Shown here: positions 43,201 to 52,393 of the stretch, piece by piece
How positions within the stretch are numbered: the first letter of the stretch is position 1
How the letters are laid out: each line of letters starts with the position of its first letter
Assembly (NCBI GenBank): GCA_046758465.1
Contig: JBHIAG010000002.1
Span: 1-55,115 of the forward strand
Length of the DNA: 55,115 nucleotides
Direction of reading: 5' to 3'
DNA from: Terriglobia bacterium
GTDB taxonomy: Bacteria > Acidobacteriota > Terriglobia > Acidiferrales > 2-02-FULL-67-57
The notes under the pieces: generated by a model
Seen by the model: the letters and a program-made list of their open reading frames with translations, nothing else
The model's database searches: none
Told to the model about the DNA's origin: nothing
Made by a program: the position numbers and the translations under genes

Positions 43201-43285
43201 TCTGCCTCCACATGTTCTGGTGTGTTAGGAGATTGCCGTTGAGAATGTACGCCTCCCGCTGTGCGCTGGCTTCCGCCATCGGGAC

Positions 43286-43915
43286 TTAGTTGAGACGCCC
43301 GAGCGCCTGGCGGAATTCCGCCAACCGCTGGGGAATATCCTGCGCCTGCATCCAACCGCTGATAACCGCCACGACGTCAGCGCCCGCTTCGATCACTTGG
43401 GCTGCATTCGCCGGCGTAATCCCACCGATAGCCACCAGCGGCTTGCGGACACACCTGCACACGTCTCTTAGACGCTCCAAGCCGACTACACGTTCCGCCT
43501 CAGCTTTCGTCTTGGTCGGGAAAATGGGCCCGAAGGCCACGTAGTCGGCCAGTGTGGCGTCGGCAGCCTCCACCTGGGTAGGGGTGTGCGTGGAAATCCC
43601 GATCAGCTTTTCGGGCCCGAGCAGAGTACGCGCTGCCGCGACCAGCAGGTCCTGTTGGCCCAGATGGACACCCGCAGCGCCCGCCAGCCAAGCCACGTCG
43701 GCGCGATCGTTGACCACCACACGCAGAGAGGGAGAAACGTGAGAGAGGAGCTCTTGCGTCTCGGAGAGAAACTGGCGTCCCGGTGCCTGCTTGGCCCGGA
43801 ATTGAATCAGGGTGACCCCCGCCTCTCGTAGTGTTCCTGCCAGATGCGCAAGCGTCAGCTCCGGTCGAAGCGAGCGGTCGATTATAGCGTAGAAGCGCGG
43901 CAGCACAAGAGACAT
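43286..43915 (-). CDS. thiE: thiamine-phosphate synthase
   Basis: ..FYAIIDRS..LIQFRAK..GVHLGQQD..IGISTHT..DYVAFGPIFPTKTK..VAIGGI... Start re-picked (ATG at 43915), because the track extension overlaps accC. Confidence 0.85.
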   Translation of the reverse strand: MSLVLPRFYAIIDRSLRPELTLAHLAGTLREAGVTLIQFRAKQAPGRQFLSETQELLSHVSPSLRVVVNDRADVAWLAGAAGVHLGQQDLLVAAARTLLGPEKLIGISTHTPTQVEAADATLADYVAFGPIFPTKTKAEAERVVGLERLRDVCRCVRKPLVAIGGITPANAAQVIEAGADVVAVISGWMQAQDIPQRLAEFRQALGRLN

Positions 43916-43917
43916 TT

Positions 43918-45270
43918 TCAGGCGAGGTGATTGCGGAGGAACCGGCTCATAAAGTGGGTGTTGTAGTGACCCGCTTGAAAGTCCGGGTCGGCTACGATCT
44001 TGCGGAGGATGGGGATGGAGGTTTGGATACCTTCCACAACGAACATCTCCAGCGCGCGCTCCATGCGCCCCAGCGCCTCCCGGCGGTCTTTGCCGTGGGT
44101 GATGAGCTTGGCAACGAGGGAGTCGTAGTAGGGCGGAATGACGGCTTCGGCGTAGGCTGCCGTATCCACGCGCACGCCGGTTCCGCCTGGCGTGTGGAAC
44201 GCAGTGACGCGACCGGCAGAGGGGTTGAAGGTTTCCGGGTCTTCGGCCACGATGCGGCATTCAATGGCGTGGCCGCGCAAGTGCAAGTCAGGCCGCGAAA
44301 TAGCGCTCAGGGCAACACCGCCCGTGAGCTGAATTTGTGCCTTGATGAGATCAATCCCCGTAACCATTTCCGTGACGCAGTGTTCGACCTGGATGCGGGT
44401 GTTCATTTCGATAAAATAAAAATTTTGCTTCTCGTCCATCAGGAACTCGACAGTGCCCGCGTTGGTATAGCTGATCGTGTGCAGGGCCTTGACCACTCGG
44501 CTGCCCATCTGCTTGCGCCGCTCGGCGTCCACGGCGGCCGAGGGCGACTCTTCAACTAGCTTCTGATGGCGCCGCTGGATGGAACACTCGCGTTCCCCGA
44601 GGTGCATCACCTCCCCGTGCTGGTCGGCCAGGACCTGGAACTCGATGTGGTGCGGCCGGTCGATGAATTTTTCCAAGTAGACGTCCGCCGTACCAAAAGC
44701 CTGCTCGGCTTCCACCTGGGCCATTCTGAACAGCGGCGCCAACTCTTCCGCCCGGCGTACCACACGCATGCCTTTGCCGCCCCCGCCAGCCGCCGCCTTG
44801 ATCATCACCGGGTAGCCGACGGTACTGGCCAGCCGCGCGGCTTCTTCCTGGGTGGCGACGACGCCGTCGGAGCCCGGTAAGACGGACAAGCCAGCCCGTG
44901 CCATCTCGCGCCGCGCCAGCGATTTCTCCCCCATCAGGCGGATGTGGGAGGAGTGCGGCCCAATGAACGTGAGGCCGGAGGCTTCGCAGACTTCGGCGAA
45001 GTTGGCATTTTCAGCCAAGAAACCGTAGCCGGGATGGATGGCGTCGGCGCCGGTGATTTCGGCAGCGCTGATCACCTGCGGGATGTTCAAGTAGCTATCG
45101 GCGGCGCGCGAGGGGCCAATGCAGACCGCCTCGTCGGCGAAGCGGACGGGGAGTGAGTAGCGGTCGGCCTCGGAATAGACGGCCACCGTCTTGATGCCCA
45201 GCTCCTTGCAAGCGCAGATAATGCGGAGGGCAATTTCGCCGCGATTGGCAATGAGGATTTTTTTGAACAT
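43918..45270 (-). CDS. accC: acetyl-CoA carboxylase biotin carboxylase subunit
   Basis: [18 protein letters not shown].., an ATP-grasp core, 450 aa. Confidence 0.95.
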   Translation of the reverse strand: MFKKILIANRGEIALRIICACKELGIKTVAVYSEADRYSLPVRFADEAVCIGPSRAADSYLNIPQVISAAEITGADAIHPGYGFLAENANFAEVCEASGLTFIGPHSSHIRLMGEKSLARREMARAGLSVLPGSDGVVATQEEAARLASTVGYPVMIKAAAGGGGKGMRVVRRAEELAPLFRMAQVEAEQAFGTADVYLEKFIDRPHHIEFQVLADQHGEVMHLGERECSIQRRHQKLVEESPSAAVDAERRKQMGSRVVKALHTISYTNAGTVEFLMDEKQNFYFIEMNTRIQVEHCVTEMVTGIDLIKAQIQLTGGVALSAISRPDLHLRGHAIECRIVAEDPETFNPSAGRVTAFHTPGGTGVRVDTAAYAEAVIPPYYDSLVAKLITHGKDRREALGRMERALEMFVVEGIQTSIPILRKIVADPDFQAGHYNTHFMSRFLRNHLA

Positions 45271-45317
45271 CCTGAGTCGCTCGCGTCTCCGCCGCTGCCC
45301 AGACGAAGCAGCGAGTC

Positions 45318-45869
45318 CTATTGCTTACGGGCGGGGCGGATGGCGAACAGGGATTCGCCATACTCGACCGGCTGACCGTTCTCGAGGTAGATGCGAACGA
45401 TTTCGCCGGCCGCGTCGGCCTCAATCTCATTCATCAATTTCATCGCCTCAATGATACAGAGCACCTGGCCCACCTCGACCGTATCGCCCAGCTTGACGAA
45501 TGGGGGTGCATCCGAGGCGGGAGCGGCGTAGAACGTGCCCACAATGGGGGACTTAACAACATGTGACTTGCCCTCTGCCACCTCTTCGGCGCTCACGGGC
45601 GGGGCCGGACTGGGTGCCGACTCCGTGGCGTTGGTGTCGGCAGCAGGGGGGAAAGCCTCAACCACGTGGGCCGGGGGCGGTGCAGGAGTATGCCCCCGGC
45701 GCTTGATGCGGATGCGCACGCCCGCGCGCTCGAATTCGAACTCCTCCAGCCCGCGCTGTTCGAGCAAGTCAATGAGTTCATGCACCTGCTCGAGCGGCAA
45801 GGGATTGCTCGGCCTCGCTTGTGACTTCTTGGCAGCGGGACGCGCGGATTTCTGAGTCTTCTTTTTCAC
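45318..45869 (-). CDS. accB: biotin carboxyl carrier protein
   Basis: Pro/Ala-rich linker and ..[14 protein letters not shown].. biotinyl-Lys motif. The GTG start overlaps the pepP stop. Confidence 0.9.
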   Translation of the reverse strand: MKKKTQKSARPAAKKSQARPSNPLPLEQVHELIDLLEQRGLEEFEFERAGVRIRIKRRGHTPAPPPAHVVEAFPPAADTNATESAPSPAPPVSAEEVAEGKSHVVKSPIVGTFYAAPASDAPPFVKLGDTVEVGQVLCIIEAMKLMNEIEADAAGEIVRIYLENGQPVEYGESLFAIRPARKQ

Positions 45870-46957
45870 AGAGCGATGAGTCCGTGCGGGGTGGGCGTCA
45901 GGCGTTCGGCCCCGCCGGGGCGGACGACGACAACGTCCTCGATACGGATGCCGCCCCAGCCGGGCACGTAAACACCTGGCTCGAGCGTGACCACGTGGCC
46001 GGTGGCCAGCCGCGTACCCACGCCGTGTCCCAGCCGCGGCTCTTCGTGAATCTCCAGTCCTAGCCCGTGGCCTGTGCCGTGAATGACATAGCGGTCAACG
46101 CCGTAGGTTTTCAGAGTCTGGCGCGCAGCAGCATCGACCTGCCGCGCCGGCACACCGGGCCGCACCGCATCAAAAGCGCGCTGCTGCGCTTCGCGCACAG
46201 CCGCGTAGAAACGGCGGATGCGGGCAGAAGGCTTTCCCAGGTACACCGTGCGGCTCATGTCGCTGCAATAATCTTTAAGTATAGCACCCAAGTCGAGTAC
46301 GACCAATTCATTTTTGGCCAAACGTTTTGAGGAGGCACGGGCGTGCGGCCAGGCAGCGCGCGGTCCCGAGGCCACGATGGTTTCGAAAGCAGGCGCGCTG
46401 GCACCCGAGCGTTTCATCCGGTACTCAATCTCTGCCGCGAGGTCGAGTTCCCGTACGCCGGGACGAATCAGCGGCAGCACTTCGGCAAAAACCTGGGAGC
46501 TCAAGCAAACAGCCCGACGGATTGAGGCAATCTCGGTCGCGTCTTTGCGGGCGCGCAGACCTTCAACCAGGTTGGCGGTGGGGATGAGGCGGGTAGGTGT
46601 CTTGAAGGCTTTGCGTAGCTGCTGGCAGGCGGCGAAGGCCAGCCGCGGTGCCTCGAAGCCAACCTGCTCTGGGCGCTCGGAGCGCAACCACTCCGCGGCA
46701 GCCGCGAGCAGCGAACCGGTTGTGACCAACACCTGTGCGCCCCGGACCTCGCGGCGCGCCTGGGTGCAGTAACGGCCATCGGTGAAGAGCACAGCACGCC
46801 GCGAGGTGACCACCAGCAGTGCGGTGCTGCCGTGAAAATTCGTGAGGTAGAGAACGTTGGGCAGATGCGAGACCAGCAATGCGCCCAAGCTGGCGTCGCG
46901 GAGCCGTTGCCGTAGGCGTCGCAGGCGTTTGTGCCAGGGTGTCATCCGATTCCTCAC
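45866..46957 (-). CDS. pepP: Xaa-Pro aminopeptidase (M24B)
   Basis: ..DLGAILKDYCSDMSRT.. and ..HGTGHGLGLEIHEEP..VTLEPGVY.. metal-ligand motifs. Confidence 0.85.
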   Translation of the reverse strand: MRNRMTPWHKRLRRLRQRLRDASLGALLVSHLPNVLYLTNFHGSTALLVVTSRRAVLFTDGRYCTQARREVRGAQVLVTTGSLLAAAAEWLRSERPEQVGFEAPRLAFAACQQLRKAFKTPTRLIPTANLVEGLRARKDATEIASIRRAVCLSSQVFAEVLPLIRPGVRELDLAAEIEYRMKRSGASAPAFETIVASGPRAAWPHARASSKRLAKNELVVLDLGAILKDYCSDMSRTVYLGKPSARIRRFYAAVREAQQRAFDAVRPGVPARQVDAAARQTLKTYGVDRYVIHGTGHGLGLEIHEEPRLGHGVGTRLATGHVVTLEPGVYVPGWGGIRIEDVVVVRPGGAERLTPTPHGLIAL

Positions 46958-46974
46958 TGCTCGAGCCGGGCCAG

Positions 46975-47011
46975 AAAAAAAGTACGGGGAGGAGAATCGC
47001 TTCTCCTCCCC
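46975..47011 (-). terminator. rho-independent terminator after pilQ
   Basis: Minus strand: GGGGAGGAGAA-GCGA-TTCTCCTCCCC (11-bp stem) followed by GTACTTTTTTT. Confidence 0.85.
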
Positions 47012-47036
47012 GGCAGAGGTCTTTTTCCTCGGACTC

Positions 47037-49037
47037 CTAGCTCGGCACGATGCGCGGGGTGATGAAGAACAGCAGCTCCGACGAGCGCGTGCTCACGCTC
47101 GTGCGTTTGAAGAGGTGGCCGATGATGGGCACACTGCCCAGGAACGGCACCTGGTTAACCTCATAGGAGGTTTCCGTGGTCATCACGCCGCCAATCACCA
47201 CCGTGCCGCCATCGTTGATCAACACCTGTGTGGTGGCCTGTTGCGTGTCCAAGGCGGGGATGCCATTGATGCGGGGGATACCGGGGTTGATGGCGGTGTT
47301 CTCGACGTTGACGTCGAGGAAGATGGTACCGTCCTTTGTGATGTGGGGTGTGACCTCGAGCTTGAGCACGACGGGCGTGTACTGCACGGTGACGGTTTGC
47401 ATCACCGTCGTCTGTATCGGGATCTGCGTACCTTGTTGCACGGTAGCCAGAACGTTGTTCTGTGTGATGACGCGGGGCTTGGAGAGCAACTTGCCGACGC
47501 CCCGCGCCTCGGCCGCGGTGATGATCAGGTCGAGCGCCAGGTTCTGGGAGCGGTGGGCAATGGTGAAGCCGGCCCCGGCGGCGATGTCCACGGTGGCCGG
47601 GAAGCTCGAGACGAGGGGAGGGGCGAGGGTACCCGCGGTCGTAAACGGCGGCACGGGCACGCCGGGCCCGCCTTCGATTCCGCTGTCGCCGATGGTAGTG
47701 GCGCCGCCGAAGGCGGTGCCCGCCCCGCCACCGCGCGTGAAGGCGGTGGAGAAGGCCAACTGCGAACCGATTTCGCGGGCAAAGGAGCGGGTGGCGGTGA
47801 CGACGCGAGCCTCAATTTCCACCTGGAGCGACTTGCGGTCGAGTTGCTTGATAATGTTGTCCATTTGCGGGAGCACCTGGGGGATGTCGCGGATGATGAG
47901 AGTATTGGTGCGTTCGTCGGTGATAATCTCGCCAACCTGGGAGAGGAACTTGCGGAGAACCTGTTCCATATCGCTGGCCTTCGCGTAGCTGAGCTCGCGG
48001 GTTGTCGTCACCGGCTGGGCGGCTTCGGCGCGGACGCGAGCCAGGTCGCGCCGATCCTCCTCTTCCCGCTTGAGGGTCGCGATAGCGGCAATGCGCAAGA
48101 CATTGCCCTCGAGTTGACAGCCGAGGTTGTTGTTTTTGAGCACGATGCTGAGGGCTTGATCCCAGGGGACTTCATCGAGCACCAGGGTGACGGCGCCGCT
48201 GACGGCGGGGTCGAGGACGATATTAAACCCGCTGATGGCGTGGATCAGGCGAAAGAAATCCTTTAGATCCACATCCTTGAGGTCGACCGAAATCGGCTCG
48301 CCCGTGAAGGGGGTGCGAGGACACACGTGCTGGGCCGCAACGGTGGGAGTGGGAGTAGGGGCAGGGGCGGGGACCTGGGGGAGCTGGGGCACCTGGGCCT
48401 CGACTGCGGGAACTTCTTTGGCGGCTTCCAGCAGGGGTGGGTTGGGCTGCGGGGTAGTAGGCGCGGGAGCGTCAGGAAGTTCTGCGGCTGCCTGCGCAGG
48501 AACGACTGGGGCCAGAGAAGCCAGTAGAACCGGTGTCTGGGGGCGAGGCTGCGGCTCGGCAGCCAGCACCGGCACGTCCGGGGCAGTGTGGAAGAGGGTG
48601 AGCTTGAGACCGCGGGGCACCACCTTGATGTCATAGGAAACCGCCTCGCGCAGGTCTACCACCACGCGCGTCACCGGCGGCACTGCCTGGAACTGTGCGG
48701 TGCGGACGCGGAGAACCGCCTCGGCATCAACCGGGATCTGGCGCCGGCGGCCGAGGAGAATCGTCTGGGGCAGGTCCACCACCAAGCGCGCGGGGTGGCT
48801 GAGCATTTGGGTCTGGTAGCGCAGCGGCCCACTGGCATGGACCCAGACGGTGACGGCTTCGGCGCCTTTCTGTACCGACACGGTGCGCACCCGTGCGGCC
48901 TGCGGTTCCGGCGCACGCGCCGCCTGCGCCTGGCTCGCGCCCGGCGTGGGCAGAGATGGTTCATCAGTGGCCGGGCTACTGAGCCCTGCCACGAGCATCG
49001 CCCCGAGGAGAAAGGGGCTCACCAGCTTGACCTTCAT
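47037..49037 (-). CDS. pilQ: type IV pilus secretin PilQ
   Basis: Signal peptide, AMIN-like repeats, a Pro/Ala-rich linker, and a C-terminal secretin domain ending ..VPFLGSVPIIGHLFKR... Start re-picked at MKVKLVS. Confidence 0.9.
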   Translation of the reverse strand: MKVKLVSPFLLGAMLVAGLSSPATDEPSLPTPGASQAQAARAPEPQAARVRTVSVQKGAEAVTVWVHASGPLRYQTQMLSHPARLVVDLPQTILLGRRRQIPVDAEAVLRVRTAQFQAVPPVTRVVVDLREAVSYDIKVVPRGLKLTLFHTAPDVPVLAAEPQPRPQTPVLLASLAPVVPAQAAAELPDAPAPTTPQPNPPLLEAAKEVPAVEAQVPQLPQVPAPAPTPTPTVAAQHVCPRTPFTGEPISVDLKDVDLKDFFRLIHAISGFNIVLDPAVSGAVTLVLDEVPWDQALSIVLKNNNLGCQLEGNVLRIAAIATLKREEEDRRDLARVRAEAAQPVTTTRELSYAKASDMEQVLRKFLSQVGEIITDERTNTLIIRDIPQVLPQMDNIIKQLDRKSLQVEIEARVVTATRSFAREIGSQLAFSTAFTRGGGAGTAFGGATTIGDSGIEGGPGVPVPPFTTAGTLAPPLVSSFPATVDIAAGAGFTIAHRSQNLALDLIITAAEARGVGKLLSKPRVITQNNVLATVQQGTQIPIQTTVMQTVTVQYTPVVLKLEVTPHITKDGTIFLDVNVENTAINPGIPRINGIPALDTQQATTQVLINDGGTVVIGGVMTTETSYEVNQVPFLGSVPIIGHLFKRTSVSTRSSELLFFITPRIVPS

Positions 49038-49068
49038 TGTGTCGCTCCTGCAGGCGAGATCATTGCTT

Positions 49069-49617
49069 TCATTGCCTCCTGCTCGGCGTGCGGAAAACCT
49101 GCTCACTCCCCGCAGTCGCCCTCAGTTGCTTCACTACCTGACGCTCATAGGGCCGGCCAAAAGCATCGAATGTACGTTCTTTGAAAATGACGTAGTCTTT
49201 GTGAATTTCGGCCACGTAGCCATTGAACAGCTCATCTCGCTCGCGCAGGAAGTAGGCGGGCTTTTTGTTTGGCACGGTAACGATCGCGATGCGGTCCGTG
49301 GGGGTGAGCACAATGCCTTCCAAACGGATTTGGCCGATCAGCAGGCCGGGCTTGCCGGGCGGCAAGGCCTGGGTGAGCTGGTCAGCACGCACCAACAAGC
49401 TCCGGAAGGGGTCACGGCGGCCAGGCGCGCGCGGCCGCCGGGCCACTGCGGAGCCGGGCTGGGCTTGTGCGGGCGGCGAGACCTGTGGCCGGGGGGGAGC
49501 TTGAGCGGGGCTGGGCGGCAGCGGCTGGGCCAGCACAGCGACTGCCGCGAGGGCGACGAAGAGAGTCATCCCTGCGACGCTCCGGGAGGCTGTGCGAGCT
49601 ACACGGGAGTCGGTCAT
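49069..49617 (-). CDS. pilP: pilus assembly protein PilP-like
   Basis: Signal-like N-terminus, a Pro-rich linker and a C-terminal beta domain (..IGQIRLEGIVLTPTDRIAIV..). It sits between pilO and pilQ. Confidence 0.7.
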   Translation of the reverse strand: MTDSRVARTASRSVAGMTLFVALAAVAVLAQPLPPSPAQAPPRPQVSPPAQAQPGSAVARRPRAPGRRDPFRSLLVRADQLTQALPPGKPGLLIGQIRLEGIVLTPTDRIAIVTVPNKKPAYFLRERDELFNGYVAEIHKDYVIFKERTFDAFGRPYERQVVKQLRATAGSEQVFRTPSRRQ

Positions 49618-50255
49618 GGCGTCCTCTTTCCCTCGGCCATAGCCTGCTCCGCTTGGGGAAGCAAGTAATAGTAGGTGGTCAACACGCAGATGCCAGCGAC
49701 CGAGGTATCAGGGGCGTAGTCGTACTTCTGGCCACGGCCGCGTGTGGTTTGGACGGCGTCCAGTCTCAACTCCGTAACGTTGACGACGCGAGACATCTGG
49801 CTAAGGCGGTTATAGAACTCAAGCAGGCTGTAGTAGGCCCCATCGATCTCAATCTCGATGGGCATTTCGGCGTAGCCTTTTTCAGGCTGGGGCACGATCT
49901 CTTTGGCGGTCAGGCGGCGGATGGTGATGCGGGAGTTGACGGCCGCCTCCTGCACCGAGCGCATAAAGTCGTCGGTGCGCTTCTCATCGGGGAGGACGAG
50001 CTTGCGGCGCTCCAGCTCCCGCTCGAGATTTTGTATTTTGTCTTCCAACTCTCGGCGGTGCTTATCGCGATTCCGCAAGATGGTCACCTCACCGCTCAAG
50101 CGTTCGCGCTTTTCCACCTCGACTTTGAGCTCCTCGCGCTTTTGTTTCACCGGCGATAAGCCGTACATCTCGCCGACAAGAAACACGGCCACGGCGACGC
50201 CAAAGAAGATCAGGGTTTGGAAATACCAGGGAAGCTCGCGGAAGCGTAGCGCCAT
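49614..50255 (-). CDS. pilO: pilus assembly protein PilO
   Basis: One TM (..WYFQTLIFFGVAVAVFLVG..) plus a coiled coil. Position is in the pilMNOPQ order and its stop overlaps the pilP start (ATGA). Confidence 0.75.
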   Translation of the reverse strand: MALRFRELPWYFQTLIFFGVAVAVFLVGEMYGLSPVKQKREELKVEVEKRERLSGEVTILRNRDKHRRELEDKIQNLERELERRKLVLPDEKRTDDFMRSVQEAAVNSRITIRRLTAKEIVPQPEKGYAEMPIEIEIDGAYYSLLEFYNRLSQMSRVVNVTELRLDAVQTTRGRGQKYDYAPDTSVAGICVLTTYYYLLPQAEQAMAEGKRTP

Positions 50256-50265
50256 CGTAGTTCCC

Positions 50266-50880
50266 CTAGGTGCGCCCCGCACTGGTGGGCGTTTCCGATG
50301 TGGTCTGTTCAGATTCCGGCAACACGAAGTCGCAACTCAGCGAAAAGGTGTAGTTCTCGACGTTGGGATTTTGGGTAGACTGCACCGCTTCTTTGATTTC
50401 GATATTTTTGAAGAAGCCCGTAGCTTTCAAGTTGGTGATGAAGTTGGCGAGGGCGTTGACCGAGCCCGCCACGCCTTCCAGGGTAATCTTGCCACCACGC
50501 TGCTCATCGAGGCGCGTCAGCCAGAGGGTTTCGGTCTGGTTGACGGTGCTCCCGATGGCGTCCAGCAAGTTCGCCGGTCCTGTCTTTTTGCTCTCCAGCT
50601 CCTTGATGACGCTCTGCAGGGTTTCTAGGTCGCTCTTCTTTTTCTGAGCCTGCTGGATTTTCACCTCCACGTCCTTCAAGCTCTCTTTCTCGGCCTTGAG
50701 CGTAGTAATCTTCTCTTTGACATTGCTGATCTCGCTCTTGGTGGTGGAGTAGTCATAGTACAGAAGTAACAGCGCGGCCAGGAGCGGGATCACAAAGAGC
50801 CCCAGTTGGAGGGTGCCGGCGATGGCGATGCGGCGCTTGACCTTAGGGCGGGGGCGTCCGAGAAGATTGATGCGAATCAT
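50266..50880 (-). CDS. pilN: pilus assembly protein PilN
   Basis: MIRINLL.. N-terminus, a single TM and a coiled coil. It overlaps the pilM stop. Confidence 0.8.
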   Translation of the reverse strand: MIRINLLGRPRPKVKRRIAIAGTLQLGLFVIPLLAALLLLYYDYSTTKSEISNVKEKITTLKAEKESLKDVEVKIQQAQKKKSDLETLQSVIKELESKKTGPANLLDAIGSTVNQTETLWLTRLDEQRGGKITLEGVAGSVNALANFITNLKATGFFKNIEIKEAVQSTQNPNVENYTFSLSCDFVLPESEQTTSETPTSAGRT

Positions 50881-51941
50881 GCTTGCTCAAAGCTCCTCAG
50901 GGCCAGCCCGACGGCGACCGCCAGCCGGGGCTTGACCTCATCGATGTATTCATCACTAAACTTGGCGGGGCTGTAGCGGATGTTGCGGAAGGGGTCGAGT
51001 TCGTCGACGTTGACCTGGAACTCGTCCCGCATCAAATCCAGCAAGCCCGAGACGCGGGCCGAGCCGCCGGCGACGAAGAGGTGGTTGATGGTTTCGCCGC
51101 TGGCGCTGGCGCGGAAGAAGTCGAAGGTTTTCTGGATTTCCAGGGCGAGGATCTCCGACACCGAGCGGAGCACCGCGGTTTTCTGTTCCTCGGAGACGGT
51201 GGCGATGGCTTGTCCGCGCTTGAGATTTTCCGCATCGTCGAAGGTGAGTTCCAGCTCTTTCTGGAGGGCGTCGGTGTAGGAGTTGCCGCCGACGGAGACG
51301 TCGCGGGTGAAGAGGGGGACGCCGCCGCGGATGATGTTAATATTCATCACGCTGGCGCCGATGTTGAGCAGGGCCACGGTGAGGGCAGGTTCCGGCTCGT
51401 AGTTGAACTCGTAGGTATTCTGCAAGGCGAAGGCATCGACGTCGACGAAGGTGGCGGTACGTCGGGCCTGGATCAAAGCATTGGTGTAGTTGGAGATTTT
51501 TTCTTTCTTCACCGCCACCAGGAGGATGTCGACCTGGTCACCCATGGGGGTGACCTCGAGCACCTGGTAGTCCAAATTGACGTCAGCAATGTCGAAGGGG
51601 ATGTACTGGCCCGCATCGGCGTAGACTTGGTCGTAGAGTTCGTCCTCGGGCAAGTTGTCCATGGTGACCCGTTTGATGATGACGGAATGGCCGGAGACGG
51701 AGGTGGCGACATTCTTGCTTTTGATCTTTTGTTGGTCGAAGATGCGTTCGATGGCAGACGAGACCGCGAGGGCGTCGATGATGGCGCCATCGACCAGGGT
51801 TTCCGGCGTCAAGGCTTCCAAGCCGACATTGGTCAGCTCGTAGCCTTCACGCGCCTTCTTGAGATCGACAACCTTGACGGCGCTGGAGCCGATATCGAGG
51901 CCCACCACCGGCTTGCTTTTCTTGCCTCCGAACAGTGCCAT
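50877..51941 (-). CDS. pilM: pilus assembly ATPase-fold protein PilM
   Basis: MALFGGKKSKPVVGLDIGSSAVKVV.., an actin-like fold. The upstream 45 codons of the track ORF were rejected. Confidence 0.9.
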   Translation of the reverse strand: MALFGGKKSKPVVGLDIGSSAVKVVDLKKAREGYELTNVGLEALTPETLVDGAIIDALAVSSAIERIFDQQKIKSKNVATSVSGHSVIIKRVTMDNLPEDELYDQVYADAGQYIPFDIADVNLDYQVLEVTPMGDQVDILLVAVKKEKISNYTNALIQARRTATFVDVDAFALQNTYEFNYEPEPALTVALLNIGASVMNINIIRGGVPLFTRDVSVGGNSYTDALQKELELTFDDAENLKRGQAIATVSEEQKTAVLRSVSEILALEIQKTFDFFRASASGETINHLFVAGGSARVSGLLDLMRDEFQVNVDELDPFRNIRYSPAKFSDEYIDEVKPRLAVAVGLALRSFEQA

Positions 51942-51948
51942 GGGGTGC

Positions 51949-52155
51949 CTACCTCTTTCCTCGCCGGAGATTTTTCGCCCGGCTGATTTTGCGTTCCATC
52001 CAGCGGTCCAAGACGGTTTTCTTGAACTTCCAGCGATTGCCCAGCTTGAAGGCTGGGATCTTGTCCTGGTAGACATACCGGTACAGCGTGTCGGGTGAGA
52101 TGCCCAAGTAGTCGGACGCCTCTCTGATATTCATTACTTCGCGGAGAGCAGCCAT
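51949..52155 (-). CDS. excisionase-family (MerR-like) helix-turn-helix protein, first gene of the pil operon
   Basis: 68 aa: ..MNIREASDYLGISPDTLYRYVYQDKIPAFKLGNRWKFKKTVLDRWM.. Its stop is 7 nt before the pilM ATG. Confidence 0.75.
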   Translation of the reverse strand: MAALREVMNIREASDYLGISPDTLYRYVYQDKIPAFKLGNRWKFKKTVLDRWMERKISRAKNLRRGKR

Positions 52156-52251
52156 TCGTGATCCCTCTGCCCGCCGCCGTTTCTGGTAGCGCGGGGCCGA
52201 GAGCTAACAAGCTGCGCAAGGGAAGGCAGCAATCCCCAACTTTCCTCTACT

Positions 52252-52280
52252 TTTGTAGGGAAAAGCTGGTTGGATGTCAA
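52252..52280 (-). promoter_or_regulatory. strong sigma70-type promoter of the HTH-pilMNOPQ operon
   Basis: rc: A-tract (AAACAAAAAAAAGC) then TTGACA-N17-TACAAA, about 100 nt upstream of the HTH gene. Confidence 0.65.
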
Positions 52281-52393
52281 GCTTTTTTTTGTTTCTGTTG
52301 GTTGTTATGCCGCTTTTTCCGCGGGGCCTTGGCCGGGCTAGGGTAATTCCCCTAGCGAGCTGTGCCTTGGGCGGCACCAGCGGCGGGCGGGGA

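Noticed and set aside
43201-43285. Possible riboswitches upstream of the permease, the MetE-like gene or thiE
   Set aside because: The leaders are short (about 25-85 nt), and thiE is internal to the accBC operon. No TPP, SAM or B12 core motifs were recognisable.
43916-44260. N-terminal extensions in the ORF track (thiE 43286-44260, pilM to 52076, 27014-28240, 36009-36938, 24260-25609, 12907-14007, 23876-24229)
   Set aside because: The extensions overlap the upstream gene, a terminator or a promoter cassette and are compositional junk. Internal ATG, GTG or TTG codons with an SD or conserved N-termini were used instead.
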